A stretch of 64,000 bases of DNA, taken from positions 1,639,524 through 1,703,523 of the forward strand of contig MU057744.1 of assembly GCA_013265495.1 (NCBI GenBank), in the 5' to 3' direction. The stretch comes from Vicugna vicugna (lineage: Eukaryota). Both the position numbers and the translations under genes were made by a program. The notes beneath the pieces were generated by a model. The model ran no database searches, was not told the DNA's origin, and was given only the letters and a program-made list of their open reading frames with translations. Within the stretch, counting starts at the first letter, position 1. Every line of letters starts with the position of its first letter. Shown in pieces: positions 12,351 through 25,599 of this stretch.

Positions 12351-13349
12351 GTAACAGTGGCTATCTTTATTGTTTTATTTATTCTCATTCTCATACCTGT
12401 ATATTTCCTTGGTTGGACTGTTGCTAATCTCTGACTGCCTTTCCGCTAGCTTTGGCGGCTTCCTTCTCTGAGCTCTTGGCTGGTCCTTGACCCCTCTCCT
12501 TTCCTCCAGTTCTGGCATGTAGTCTTGCCAGTTCAATGATAGCACAGTTATGTTAAAAGACAGAGTCAGTGATAACATTTGCTTATTTCTGTGTGTGTTC
12601 TAGTTAATGAAGTTTAGTAAGTTAGGTGATCCAATGCTTTTAGCTATTTGTTTTATTATACCTTGCTTAATTCACAAACATTTAGGATGAACACTTTCTC
12701 CATAGAATTCTATTTTTGTAATGTCTAGTTTAATGTAAGGATTTCATTTCACTGAAGCACAGATATGAAGTGAGAGTTGACACAGCATAATGGAAAGAAC
12801 TCTAGTTTTGCAGTCTATGACGTTTATTGAAATTCTTTTCCAAATAATTAATAATTATTTTCCAAGTAATATGTGTAATGGTTATCATTTGTTGATAAGG
12901 CATTGCTTTTGTTTAATGCCATGAGTATATTAAGTGGCTTACTTGTATATACTATTAAGGAGAGTGTATTTTACAATTATAACATTAACTGTTCTTCCTG
13001 TGATTTGGTTTGGCTGTTTCTGGGAGAATTGTAGGAGAACTGTCCCTTTTGACTTCAGCTTGTAGCCACTTGACTATTGGTACCTTGTTGTTAGACTATT
13101 AGTAGCTTGAACCCAGAAATAAAATAAAATTAAACCAGTATTTGCCCCTTACATCCTGCTTTTCGGTGGAGAACTAGGTTGAAATTTGTAATTTTGGTGA
13201 TTGTGATTTGATCATTCATCCAGTTTATGTCATGTATTTTCCTCATTATTGTAGGTAATTGGTAATTTTCTATAATTTAAAATACAAATGACACTCTAAA
13301 TATAAAATTCACAATGTAAATATTATAAATACTACTTATGATCAGTAAG

Positions 13350-13600
13350 TCATTCAGTTCTAATCATTCAGTTATTTAGTGCAAACTTTAAACATTTATG
13401 AGATATACTTTATAAGGTTCTGTGGCTAGAAAGATGAATAATAAGTGATTTTGTCATCAGTAGGTTCATGGTCTAATGCAGGAATAGAAGAACTATTATA
13501 GTACAATATGATGTGTGTCATCATAGAAGTGTAGATTTAACTACAGTGTTAGCACAGGAAGGAATAGGGTATGTGGAACTTGGCATTACTCTTGAATTTT
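13350..13600 (-). mobile_element. Degenerate L2 fragment
   Basis: tcattcagttattt...aaagatgaataa...gttcatggtctaatg pattern. Confidence 0.45.
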
Positions 13601-14094
13601 CTTTGGACTTTCTATAATCATTTCTAAGACAAGTAGAAATAATATTAATCCAGTTAATATGAAAATCATTTAAAATGTTCTCTGAGGAGCCATTTGATCT
13701 CATTAGGCTATTCTTTAGAATTCTGTTAGAAAATAGCACTTGCCAGGAGGACAGTGTGTAACATATCCAGAGATACTCTTAATATGATGTTTTATGTTTC
13801 AATTTAATGAAATTGTTTATTATTTTAAATGAAATGTAAGAATATTTCATATTTCTAACTTATATGCTGTCTTGTAATTAAAGTTATAAAATACCACAGT
13901 GACTTAATTACTTATAGAGAGAAACATCAGAGTCAGACATGCTCAGTTTATGAAAAAGGAAGTTATAGAATATAGAGTATTATTAATACAGTTGTGCAAT
14001 TCTTCTAATAAAACCTCTACTTTTTGAAAGCATGTAGTCGAAGAATATTCAAAAATGTATCAAGAATCAAGCAACTGAATTTACTGGTAAATGA

Positions 14095-14180
14095 GGTTTT
14101 TTAAAATACATTTTTTAAACATTGAAGCACCATAAGTGGGTTTTTCAAAAATACATTTATCAAACATTGAAGTACCAATT
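14095..14180. repeat. Imperfect tandem duplication of about 43 nt (2 copies)
   Basis: ggttttttaaaatacattttttaaacattgaagcacca versus ggtttttcaaaaatacatttatcaaacattgaagtacca. Confidence 0.8.
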
Positions 14181-14262
14181 TCAGGCAAGTAATTGCACTT
14201 AAGATCATTTTTTATGAGTGTAAGACCAGAAGATGCAGTTCAGGAAGATCTGTGCTGAGTTT

Positions 14263-14465
14263 CATAGTGGGTTAAGCACACAGATTGTAGAGCAAACTCC
14301 TTGAGTTAAATTACTGCGAATCTTGGGAAAGCTGTGCCTCAGTTTTTTCATTTATAAAGTGGGGGAAATAATAGTGTCCCCCTCATAGTGTTGTTCTAGG
14401 ACTCTAAGAAGCCAATATAACTAAAATGTATAGAACATTCATGACACACAGGAAGCACTATAGCT
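14263..14465 (+). mobile_element. MIR SINE
   Basis: catagtgggttaagcac...ctgtgcctcagttttttcatttataaagtggggg...cctcatagtgttgtt. Confidence 0.85.
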
Positions 14466-14559
14466 GTGCTGTTGTCTTGACTGTTATGGTGTTTGCTTTA
14501 GGAATGCAAATGCTTTCTCCAGCAGATTGGTTGAAATATTAAAAACATATTTGATCCAT

Positions 14560-15320
14560 ATATTAAAAGCCAAATAAGCAAACAGCATCAAAATTCCCAG
14601 TTACCTGAAGGCTCCAGAGAGTTGAAAAAAAAGCAGGGAGATTTAGAAAATGGAATTGGTGCAGTTGAGTTTCCCATTTTTCAGGCTTTTAGCCTGAAAG
14701 TTGACTCAAGTCAGTACTGTGTAGTTGCTAAAATACTGAAAGAACATGTACAGTCTCTCTAAAGACAGAATTCGGGGCCTTTGGAAAGTCAAGGAGTAAT
14801 TTTGGAAAAGAAATACAAAGAGAGGGAGCCCCAGATTCTATGCATAAACTCTACCCACGTCTCTAGCTCATGCTTAAGTGGTGGGCAGGCATCAGTTCAT
14901 TTACCACTGCTCAGGGCAATACTGAACTGAGATTTGCAGTCAAAATGCCACCAGGCATTTTGCATTTTTCAGTTTGAGTCTCACCAAGTTGATTGCCTGT
15001 TAAAACAAATACAGCAGTGTTCTTCAGAGGTATATAGCAGAATCCAGAATCTCAACAACATAAAAGGACAGGATGCAATTCATAATTGCTTGACATATGT
15101 AGAAATATGCAAATATGACCTGATCTCAAGGCTACCAAGAACAACCCAGTAATGACCTTACCAGACAAGGATTTAAAGGAGCTATTATGACTGTGTTCAG
15201 TGAAATCAAGGAAAATTTGTTTACAGTGAACAAAAAGATTCAAAAACTCAGTGTACAAAAATTAGTCAAAGAAACAAAAATGGAATTTCTAGGCCTGAAA
15301 ACTGCAATATCTGAAAAGTT
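14560..15320 (+). mobile_element. Ancient L1 5'UTR and ORF1 start remnant
   Basis: A-rich. ORF 15187..15381 (MTVFSEIKENLFTVNKKIQKLS...MEFLGLKTAISE) resembles the degenerate ORF1 coiled coil of L1M families. Confidence 0.65.
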
Positions 15321-15550
15321 TACATGTCTAGCAAATGGTAGAACTGGGTACAAATCCATCTCCGTTGGGCTCTGCTTTTGAGCTCTTTATTGTGGATTAT
15401 CTGTGTAGTGAGAGGAGAGCAGTGGAAGAGCCTGAGGAAGTCAGTATTGAAGCAGTGGGAGAAGAGGAGGGGGATCCTCTGGAAGGCTCTGGGAAGTTGC
15501 AGTCTGAGAGCTGATAGGACAGTCAGGAGAGAATAGTTACAAAAGCAGTG

Positions 15551-15869
15551 TGTAGTAGTTTCTGTGATTGCTGTAACAGATTACTCCAAGCCTGGTGGCT
15601 TGAAACGCCATGAACTTTATTATCTTAAAGTTCTTAAGGAAGAAGTCTAAAATTTGTCTCAATGGGCTAAAATCAAGGTGTTGGCAGGACTGTATGACTT
15701 TGGTGGCTCTAGGGAGGAATCCATTTCCTTGCCTTTTCTAACTTCCATTCTGGACTGGTGGGCCATCCCCCATCTTCAAAGCCAGCAACATACTGTCATG
15801 TTACATATCCACATACTCTGTGGATTAGAATGTGGATGTCTTTGGGGTGCTATTATTTGGCCTACTACA
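15551..15869 (-). mobile_element. MaLR solo LTR (MLT1C/D-like), internally deleted
   Basis: Bounded by TGTA...TACA. Contains ttgctgtaacagattactccaagcctggtggcttgaaac, gggctaaaatcaaggtgttggcagg and catcttcaaagccagcaa. Confidence 0.85.
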
Positions 15870-16544
15870 TCATGGAAGTACTGGGTTTCAGTAAGATGTT
15901 GACAACATCACATGAAAATCAGAAATCTAGTTGTATAAGGACTGAAAAGTGTACTTTAGTTTGACAGGAGCCTGGCTTTTCTGCAAATCAGTCAATGTTA
16001 ATTTCAGTCTATCTTTTATATAGATACGAATTCATAGCTTTACACACATTTTACATTTAAAAGACTTTATTCTCTGAAGAGTTTTCTGAATTTTCAGTAT
16101 TTATTGGTCATTCCAAAAATGGTCCTTAATTTTTCTTTAATATTTCTATCTAAATATACTTAATATTCTTTTATGTCTTTATTCTTCTGGTATTTTGGTA
16201 CATGTTCAGGGGCACAACATCTCAAAGACTTATTTGTTCAAGGTTTGGGCCAGCAGGGCAGGTATCAAAAATTAAGAGTTAATGTTGCATCCATTCTGGT
16301 TGAGTTTTATTTTCATATTAATTTTTTTCCACTTGCTATCTCTTCATTAAAGTGAATTGGGGTAGTGTGGGGAAAGAGGAAGGGTTAACAAAGGGACCAG
16401 AGCCAAAGACTGAACAGGGCTAATTTTGATAAAGAAAGACAATACTGCACTCACAGTTTTTATTTTTGTGTCATCAAGATGCCTGCCTGGACTATGGTAG
16501 GGCATCAGTACATTTTATACATTAATACTGTTAAAAGTCATTAA

Positions 16545-17747
16545 TGACACGTAAAGAGCACAACCGATAAAACAAAAAAATAAATAAATGGAACTACAAC
16601 AAACTAAAAAGGTTCTGCACAGCAAAATAAACAACAAAGTGAAAAGACAACCTATGGAATGGGAAAAATATTTGCAAACCATATTATGTGATAAGGGATT
16701 AATATCCAAAATATACAAAAAACCCATGCAATTCAATAGCTGAATAATTCAATTAAAAATGCACAAAAGACCTGAATAGATGTTTTTCTAAAGAAGATAT
16801 GCAAAAGGCCAACAGGTACATGAAAAGATGCTCAATCAACATCACAAGTCATTAGGGAAATGCAGTTCAGAACCACAATGAGGTGTCACCTCACAGCTGT
16901 TAGGATGGCCATCATCAAAAAGATAAGAGGTAACAAAAACTGGTGAGGTTATGAAGAAAGGGGAATCCTTGTGCACTGTTGGTGGGATTGTAAAACTATG
17001 AGAAACAGTATGGGGGATCCTCAAAAACTAAAAATAGATCTACCATATATGATCCAGCAGTTTCACTTCTTGGAGTATATCCAAAGGAAATGAAAACACT
17101 AACTGGAAGAGATATCTGCACCCCCATGTTCATTGCAGGATTACGATAGCCAAGACGCAGAAGCATCCTAAGTGTGTATTGATGGATGAATGGATAAAGA
17201 AATTGTGGTATACATGCACAGTGGAATATCTTTCAGTTGTAAAAAATGAGGAAATCCTGCCATTTGTGGCATTTTGGATGGAACTTGAGGGTAAGCTGTT
17301 TGGTAAAATAAGTCAGAGAAAGACAGATACTGTATGATGTCACTTATATGTGGATTCTGAAACAACAGCAAAACGAACTCATAGAAAAAGAAATCAGATT
17401 TGTGGTTACCAGAGGTAGACAGGGGGAATTGGAGGAAAGTGGTCAGAAGGTACAAATTTCCAGTTATAAGATAAATAAGTACAAGGGCTATAATGTACAG
17501 CATGATGGCTATAGTCACCACTGCCGGGTGGTATAGGGAAGTTGCTAAGAGAGGACATCTAAGAGTTCTCATTGCAAGGGAAACATTAAAAAAATTTTTT
17601 TTGCTATCTATTTTATCTACATGAGATGATGGATGCTAACAAAGTTACTACGTAATCACTTCACAAATTAAGTCATTACGCCATAGAATTTAAGCTTATA
17701 CCGTAATATATGACATATGTCAATTATATCTTAATAAAACTGGGAAA
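16545..17747 (+). mobile_element. 5'-truncated L1 (L1MA-like/laurasiatherian), ORF2 3' part plus 3'UTR
   Basis: gaaaagacaacctatggaatgggaaaaatatttgcaaacc, tgcactgttggtggga, and a 3' end aataaaactggg. A degenerate TSD is possible at 16533-16548 and 17745-17760, after a TT/AAAA site. Confidence 0.92.
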
Positions 17748-18009
17748 TGTAATTAGTGCCTACCATGCATGTAGTATAAAAATATACTTAAGTTTCAGTT
17801 TAAACTTAAATTCTGGAACCATTTCAGTCTCCTATTTTCATAACAGTAATACAGCAGTATATAAAATGAAAGTACCTTCCTTATAATCCCTTTTCCCCCT
17901 GAAGATAACAACAGCTAAGATTGGTTTATATTCATCTAGAACATCATGTATAAAAATATTCTTACATGAACAAGATCATAACAGAGACTGTTATACCATC
18001 TTCTACAAC

Positions 18010-18460
18010 TTAACCATATATGCTTAGAAAAGTAGGGACACAAGAAGTCAAAAGGAAGAGAATCCAGATTTAATTGATCAGGGCTCTGGCTCAGACTGTG
18101 CATAGTTCTCTTGACTCTGTTCTTCTCTGTTTGTTTGGTTCTTGGGCTAGTTTCCCTCTTGATTACAACGTGATTGCAGCAATTTCAGGGATGCTAACCA
18201 AATCAGCATCACCCATAGGCACACAAAGGAGCTGACTTTCTTTGGGAGAGTAAAGAGGTTTTCCCAGAAACCTCCTGGTAGCCTGCCCCTTACCCCACTG
18301 TCACATACTCATGCCCACATTACTTACTGGCAAGGGGAAATGTGGCCAACACAACTGGCTTAGAGCATGAGGATGGATAGAGGAAAGGGTACTGCTACAA
18401 AATTAGGGTTTGGGGGGAAGAAGGAGTAGGGTTATATATGTAAATGAATGTTGGGTAATT
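18010..18460 (-). mobile_element. Ancient MaLR/ERVL LTR remnant (MLT1J/K-like)
   Basis: ttcccagaaacctcc...tgtcacat...tgcccac...actggcaaggggaa...tggcttaga motifs. Confidence 0.55.
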
Positions 18461-18679
18461 TCTTACCTTCTTTGCTATGATACACAACAGACGTGGAGTT
18501 AGCATCCTTCTGCCTTAGTTAAAAAAAATTTATGTTTGGAACCCTCCAGTTTCTTGAGCCAAACCAGGTCTAGCCAGTTAAATCCTCATGTGGGAGAAGA
18601 AATTGAAGTCTGTGCTCAGTTGTCTCTATAGCTGGGGAGTGGAAAACCCAAGTCTCTTCTTCACTCACCTGTCTCATGC

Positions 18680-18870
18680 AGTATTTATTACACAAGAGCG
18701 CACTGGGTAGCTATTGTGAATTCTGAGCTGGAGACACAGAGATAATAAAATGCATTTTTACTCTTGAGGAGTTTAGTGATCTAATAGTGAAGAGAAAAGG
18801 TAAATCAATTATTGAATGTGGGTGAACTATGCTTTGATAGTGAACAGTTCAATGAGAGTACAGAGGAGAC
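18680..18870 (-). mobile_element. L2 fragment
   Basis: gctggagacacagagataataaaa...ctcttgaggagtttagtgatctaatag. Confidence 0.5.
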
Positions 18871-19999
18871 TGCTGATTACTTACCCAACACTGCGTCCCC
18901 TGTGCGAAGGCATACATACTGTCATAAATCGCTGGGTCTTCAACAGGGAAAAGCAGTGAAAAGCTTATGGATTGTTCTGTTTATATTGTAGACAATATGA
19001 TGTTACTAGCTGTTTATATTGAAACTGAAATTCCCAGGTATTTACTAAAAGCTTAACATTTTATTTCAAAAGGCTCAGTTTTATTTACCTTGCTGTTCAA
19101 GAACATCTCTGATAAAGAAGCATAAATACTGCTTTGGGAATGGAGCTGTGATGCTAGTAAGTTAACAAATTTACTGGCTTGATGTGTTGGTTAGCCAGCA
19201 TCCTGTCTAAAGCCTCTGTGCATAACCATGTACCTGTCTTCCATCTGTGAAATTGGTGCAGTGATTTAAAAAGTGAATGTGGTTATAATCTCCTAAAGAA
19301 CTTAAGGCTAACAAATACTCACTGAGCAACAACTATTTATCTACTGCTTATGTGACTGGGGCCATTTGTCTGTGGTTGAAATGTGCACCTTCTATTTGTA
19401 GACATTTTCTTACTGTCCTTCTGTCTCTAGAAAGACTGCTTTCTACTCTGAAGCTCTGAATACTGCATATTTCTATGTATTTGAATGATGTGGTTTCCAG
19501 AGACTTCAGCACCAAACCCAATAAGGAGGTCAATTTAATCAACATGTAATTTAATTGCACTGCCACAGTTACGCACTGTTTTAGATTAGGAATCTTGAAT
19601 GTACAGATTATTTTATTTGATTAGTGTCATTCAGTTTGGGCATCTTCCTCAGTTTTTTTGTATTTAAAATAAAAAATATTTTTCATGTGTAAATGTTTGA
19701 TAGCAAATGAATCAGATAGTAAATTTATGTGATAAACTGTTCCTGAATTTACCAGTGATTTAAAGATATTCATAACCTATTGAGCCAAACCACTTCTAAT
19801 TTTTATTCTCCTAAAGTATACTTTGTTTTCTTAAAACATTCTAATTTGACAGAATACATCCTTCTTTCACTACTTTTTATCACTCTCTCCATTACTCCCC
19901 CCACCCCCTCAACTAGTGCTCTTTGTTAACTTTCTTGAGTTTTCTCGAAAATTTCTTTCCTTCTGACATACTATGTATTTCTGTTTTTGTATTTAAATA

Positions 20000-20130
20000 G
20001 ACTGTCCTCATTAGAACGTAAATCCCACGAGTACAGAGCTTTTGATCTGTTGTGTTCACTTGCATTACCACTAACACTAGGGCAACGCATGTTATGAACC
20101 AGATATTCAGTAAATATTTGCTAACCTGAA
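20000..20130 (+). mobile_element. L2 3' end
   Basis: cattagaacgtaaatcccacgagtacagagc...ttcagtaaatatttg. Confidence 0.7.
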
Positions 20131-20307
20131 GGATTGCAAAACAGAATTTATAAACCAAAATTAAGGGGCAGAAAAGTACCTCAAATTCTGTGTCTACTGC
20201 TATGGTAAGAGTTCTGACCCTAGGCAGAACTTTGACTGTTAGGCGCAGCTATTTTTCACCTTGCCCTGCTCTATTGTGACAGAAAAGGAATGTATTTAGA
20301 AGGGGGT

Positions 20308-20433
20308 TAGGTAACCATGCATCCTTGTTTGCCTGGCACAGTTCAAAGTAACACATGTCACGGTTAATTCCTGTTACCCCCCTTTCACTGTCCATAGTGT
20401 CCCAGACTGGGTGAGAAATTATGTGGCCATCCC
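20308..20433 (+). mobile_element. MER94-like hAT-Blackjack MITE
   Basis: taggtaaccatgcatccttgtttgcctggcacag...ccccctttcact...gtgtccc...aaattatgtggccatccc. Confidence 0.65.
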
Positions 20434-22109
20434 CAGTCATGGTACCTTTGTGAATCAGATAAAAGTTACAGAACTGTTCCCCAGAAAAAATTAGATCATT
20501 TCCACTCATACAAAATCATATAGTTTCAGATATGAAGACTTAAAAGGAATCCAGGCAACTCTTTTGACTTGTAGACACACACTTTCAGGGTCTATACTTT
20601 TATGCAGCTAATCTCAGAGCTGTGAGAGAAAGATAGAGACCAGTGGGAATCCATATACCTTTGAGACCAGATGGAACATTCTGACAGTGAGCGTGAGGCC
20701 AGGACTGGTGGTATGATTATCTTCATGTGACTTCTGAGATAATGATGAGGCCATGAGCTCTAAGACCACTTGGAGCTGGTTTAGAGTTCTTTACTGGAAC
20801 AGGAAACCTTAGAATTGTCCTTAGACTAATGACAGGGTCCAGAGAGCTGCACACCAAGGGCACACAGAATGGGCTCTGTGTTGTCGGGCACAGATTTCCA
20901 TAGTTCTGGAGAAAGTGAACCTCATATGAGATAAAAAGAACTTATTGAAATCACTGCATTATCTGACATGAGAGAAAAGTGTCCCAATGAGATTAGGCAG
21001 CTCGAAGAGAAAGAGAGGGATGACAGGTAAATGACAGCAGAGACAACAGAAGAAGCAACATTAATCTAGCAAAATGTAATGCTCCAGAAGCTAGAGTTAC
21101 TTGCATTTGTTCACCTTACAGATGTATAATGAATAACTGTAAATGGGGAGGGAGAGCCTGCAGGACAGGATGTAAGTGGAATCTGTGTGTTGTAAACGTA
21201 AACAACAGTATCTTGGGGGGTGAAGGAGTGAAAACAAGATTCCAGGGGAAAAGATTAAAAACTGAGATTGTATTTACACACCCAAGGCCTGGAGCTTTTG
21301 TTTTGTTTTGTTTCTAGTAGAGGTTTACAGAAGTATTAGTGTGTATAACAATTCTGTTATGAGTAGGAAAATGAATTATATCGTGTGTTTATTCATGAGG
21401 TATAATTTCTCTACTTCCAGAATGGATTGGAGGTGAATGTTTCATACATATTTAAATTCAGTAGACTTGAAGGCAGTGACACTGTAAGGAGTTTTTGGTT
21501 CATCTGAAGACTGTTCAGGAATTGCTTAGAAAGAAATCTGTGCACAGGGTGGATGCAGCCAGTGATTAGATCGCACTCCTGATGTTCTGTCCAGGACTGC
21601 TTTGATGATGGCTTCTTTCTAGGTCTTTAGCTTGCCCTGCAACTGTTGAACAACTGTACCCTGAGCAGACTATTCCTAATTTGATTGTTGCCAAGTGACC
21701 TCAGTTTTTAATGAAGGAATGTAATTAAGTCTTTAGTTTTCCTTTGTGCCTGTCTTTACTTAGGTTTTCAAACTGTCCATTCTGTATCCAAATTGGACTT
21801 ACTCCCTGAATATGCGCTATTTTCCCCAGTTACATAAACTCACATTCTTACCACCCTAGTTCCCCAGCTTAGAATTCTGGGCCTTTCAGAAGTTTACCCC
21901 ATCCTTCCGTGCTTATCAAGAAGGTGTTTCCTGGAAGCTTTTTCTAATCCTTCCAGCCAGAAGTAATATTTCTAATCCTGCATCTATGTCACTAGGTGTT
22001 TTAAGTTTTCCTATATTTCTCTCATTTTATAATAATTATTTGGTATGCCATATATAATTTCTTTACACTAGGATATGTATTTTTAATATCTGAAAATGTT
22101 TTTATTTCA

Positions 22110-23790
22110 CTTAATTTTTTAAAGCAGTTTTAGTTTACAGAAAATTGTTTGGAAAAGTCTCATAGCCTCTCCCTTCCTCCACACCCCCTGATATAGTATC
22201 TTGCATTAGTGTGGTGCATTCGCTATAGATGATGAACCAGTATTGACAAGTCATTATTACTCAGTTCATAGTCTACATTAGGGTTCACTCTTTGTGCTGT
22301 ACATTCTAAAAGTTTTCACAAATATGTAATGTCACATATCCACCATTACGGATATCATACAGAATAATTCCACTGCCCTGAAAGTCCCCTGTGCTTCACC
22401 TATTCATGCCTCCCCCCCTCTAACCAAGGATCTTTTTACTGTCCCCGTAGTTTTGCCTTTTCCATAATGTCATATACTTAGAATCATACAGTTTGTAGCC
22501 TTTTCATACTGATTTCTTTCATATAGCAATATACATTTAAGGTTTCTTTATGTCGCTTCCTAGCTTGATAGCTCATTTCTTTTTATTACTGAGTAATATT
22601 CTATGCTTATATGTACAGTAGTTTGCCTATCTATTTACCTATTGAAGAACATCTTTGTTGCTTCCAAGATTTGGCAATTATGAATAAAGCTGCTGTAAAC
22701 TCATGTGCAGGTTTTCATGTAGAAAGAAGCTTCCAGCTCTTCAGGGTAAATACCAAGGAAAGAGATTGCTGGATCATATGTTAAGAGTATGTTTATTTTG
22801 GTAATCACCTGCTAAACTGACTTCCAAAGTGACTGTACCATGTTCCATTCTTGTAGCTCCACATCCTCATCAGCATGTGGTGGTGTCAGTTTTTGGATTT
22901 TAGCCATTTTAATAGTTGTGTAGTGGTATCTGATTGTTATTTTAATTTGCAAACTCCTGGTGACATGTGATGTTGACCATCTTTTCATATGCTTATTTGC
23001 CATGTGATTTTTTTTTGTAATGTCTCAATAGACATTGAGATCATTTGCCAAATTTTTAGTTGAGTTGTTTATTTACATATTGTTAATTTTTAAGAGTTCT
23101 TTGTATAGTCTTACTACCAGTCCTTTATCATATATATGTTTTGCAGAGATTTTCTCCCAGTTGTGGGCACTCTTCATTCAGCTAACAGTGTCTTTCACAG
23201 AGCAGAAGATTTAAGTTTAATGAAGTCTAACTCAACAATTTTCCTTTCCCGGATCACACTTTTGGCATTGTATCTAAAATGTATTTGCCAAAGCCAAGGT
23301 CACCCAGATTTTCTTCTGTGTTATCTTCTAGGAGTTTCAGAGTTTTGTGTGTGATACTGTGTGTGTGTTATATTTAATCTGTGATGTATTTTGAGCTTAT
23401 TTTTGTGAAAGATTTAAGATCTGTATCTACTTTTTTAAAAAAATTTTTATTGCTTGCAGATGTTCAGTTGTTCCAGCACCATTTAGTGAAAAAACTTTAC
23501 TTTTTCCATTGAATTACCTTTGCACCTTTGTCAAAGATAAATTGATTCTATTTGTGTAGGTCTATTTATGGGTTCTCTTTTCTTTTCTATTGATCCATTT
23601 GTTCTTTCGCTAGTACCACACATCTTGACTGCTGTAGCTTTCTTTATACTCAGTCTTGATGCTGTGAAGTGTCAGTTCTGCTCCTGTATTCTTCTCCTTC
23701 AGTGTTTTACTTTCTCATGTAAACTTTAGAATTAGTTTCTCAATATCCACAAAATAACCTGCTGGGATTTTGATTGGGATTACATTGAAT
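22110..23790 (-). mobile_element. L1MC1/2-like element, 3'UTR plus ORF2 3' part
   Basis: Diagnostic antisense 3'UTR (acattagggttcactctttgtgctgtacattc, atcatacagaataattccactgccctgaaa). ORF 22812..23003(-) MANKHMKRWSTS...IRYHYTTIKMAKI is degenerate ORF2. Confidence 0.9.
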
Positions 23791-25599
23791 TGTTTTGTTA
23801 AAATCATTGTATCCCTCATTGCACCCATCACTTTTTTATAGTAAATGGACATGGAACTTATGTAAGAGTTTATTATTGTCTGAGTATATTATTATTCATA
23901 GTAGTTCTGTCGATAGTTTATTTACGATTAGAGTTGAATTTGATTTTTTTCCCTACTGGCTAAGCAGAAGCCCCATCATTATCCATGACTGGTGAGTTCC
24001 TTCCTTGTTAATTGTGATACCTTTTTAGTCATGCATTAAATTTGCACATTCTCAGATGAGTTATTTTATGCTAAATATTCTGTCACAGGTCGATCTATTA
24101 TTGTGCCCAAAAGCACTGATTTAATCACTGTGTTTTAGGAATGTTTTAATATTTTATAGGGCTGGCTATACCTCATCTCTTTTCTTTTTTCCCTCATTAA
24201 TTGTCCATACTCTTCTTGACCATTTATTTTCCAAAATGAATTTACTTGTGGTATTTAATTGAACTTAGTTATTCTGATAAGAGCCCGTGTGGAAGAGAAT
24301 TACTAAATTATTTGCTTAGCACTCATCCATTTGAATTTGTTAACATTAAAGTTTATGTGACAGCCATTTTAATATATTCTGCACTTAGAAAAAGGAGGTA
24401 CTGGTAATTTTGACTTAGTGTCTATACATTCCTAAAGAGTTGGACAAATCCAGATATTCAGAAATACAATTTAAATAGTATTACAGGAGCTTTTCCTGTT
24501 CTAAAAGAGAAATAATTTAGGATGAATATATCTTAGTCCTCTATTTCCCAGTTTAAATTTTAAAAGAAAAAATTTAAACTTCCAAATGAGAATTCTAAAA
24601 CTTTTCCTTGAATTAAGTTGACTGTAACAGTGTAGGAGATTGCCAGGTTTATTGTATTGTGTAAGTCTGTATCATATTTCACATTATTTGACAAATTCAA
24701 AAAATTTTCTGCCTGATTAATACAAAAATCAAAATAAAGACAGAAAATTGAACTAAAGTATAATTCAGAATTAATGGACTTTGTGACTTCATTTGCTTAA
24801 TTAAATTTATGGTGAGTTTTTTTTTTTTCTCAAACTGAAGGCAGAAAGGACTTTGTGGCCTCATCTAGTTTAAGATCAAGTCACATTTAATATTGTAATA
24901 TGGAATGATTCTTTTCTCTTACTCATGATTTCCCCAATTAATGCCACATCTGTTTGTCCTAATTTGATACTTTGTATTTTTCATTTAAAAAATTACTTGG
25001 CTTGCTTCTGGGAGCATTTAGGCAGATACCTCAGTTTGAAGTCCAGTGAATCTTTAATTCTCTTATTTGTAAATGTATATATGAATGAAAAAGAAAATAG
25101 AAATGCAGAAAAAGAAATACAAAAACAGAAAAAAAATCTTTACAAACTAACGAGACTAATAGTCATAGGAGAGAATGCAAGTACACAGTACCTAACCCAG
25201 TGTCTATGACAGTAGGTTCTCAATAAAACTTAGTTTCTTTCCCCTTCCACTGTCTAGGAATAAATTCTTTGCCTGTTGAACTATAATTAACCCATCTAAA
25301 TGCCAGTGTTTCAATAAAAGTATATAATGTGGATTTATTTTAATTCCTTGTTAAATGGCAGTTTGGCCACTAACTCAAGAAATAACTAGGCACCAAGAAG
25401 CTTATACATCACATGTTTTTTGGGAGGGTGTCCTGGTGGGGAGGGACACATCTAGGCCAAAAACAAAGTAGTTTCAATTTATTCTGAATTTTTTATTGTT
25501 TGAATCAGGACTTATTTGAAAAAAATTAAAGGAAAATTTGAATACTTCCATCTCCAAGTTGCAGTAGACTAGCACTGTAGCTGAAGTAAACAACAAGAA

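Noticed and set aside
17168..17572. 134 aa hydrophobic minus-strand ORF
   Set aside because: It lies antisense within an L1 3' region, where T-richness explains the hydrophobicity.
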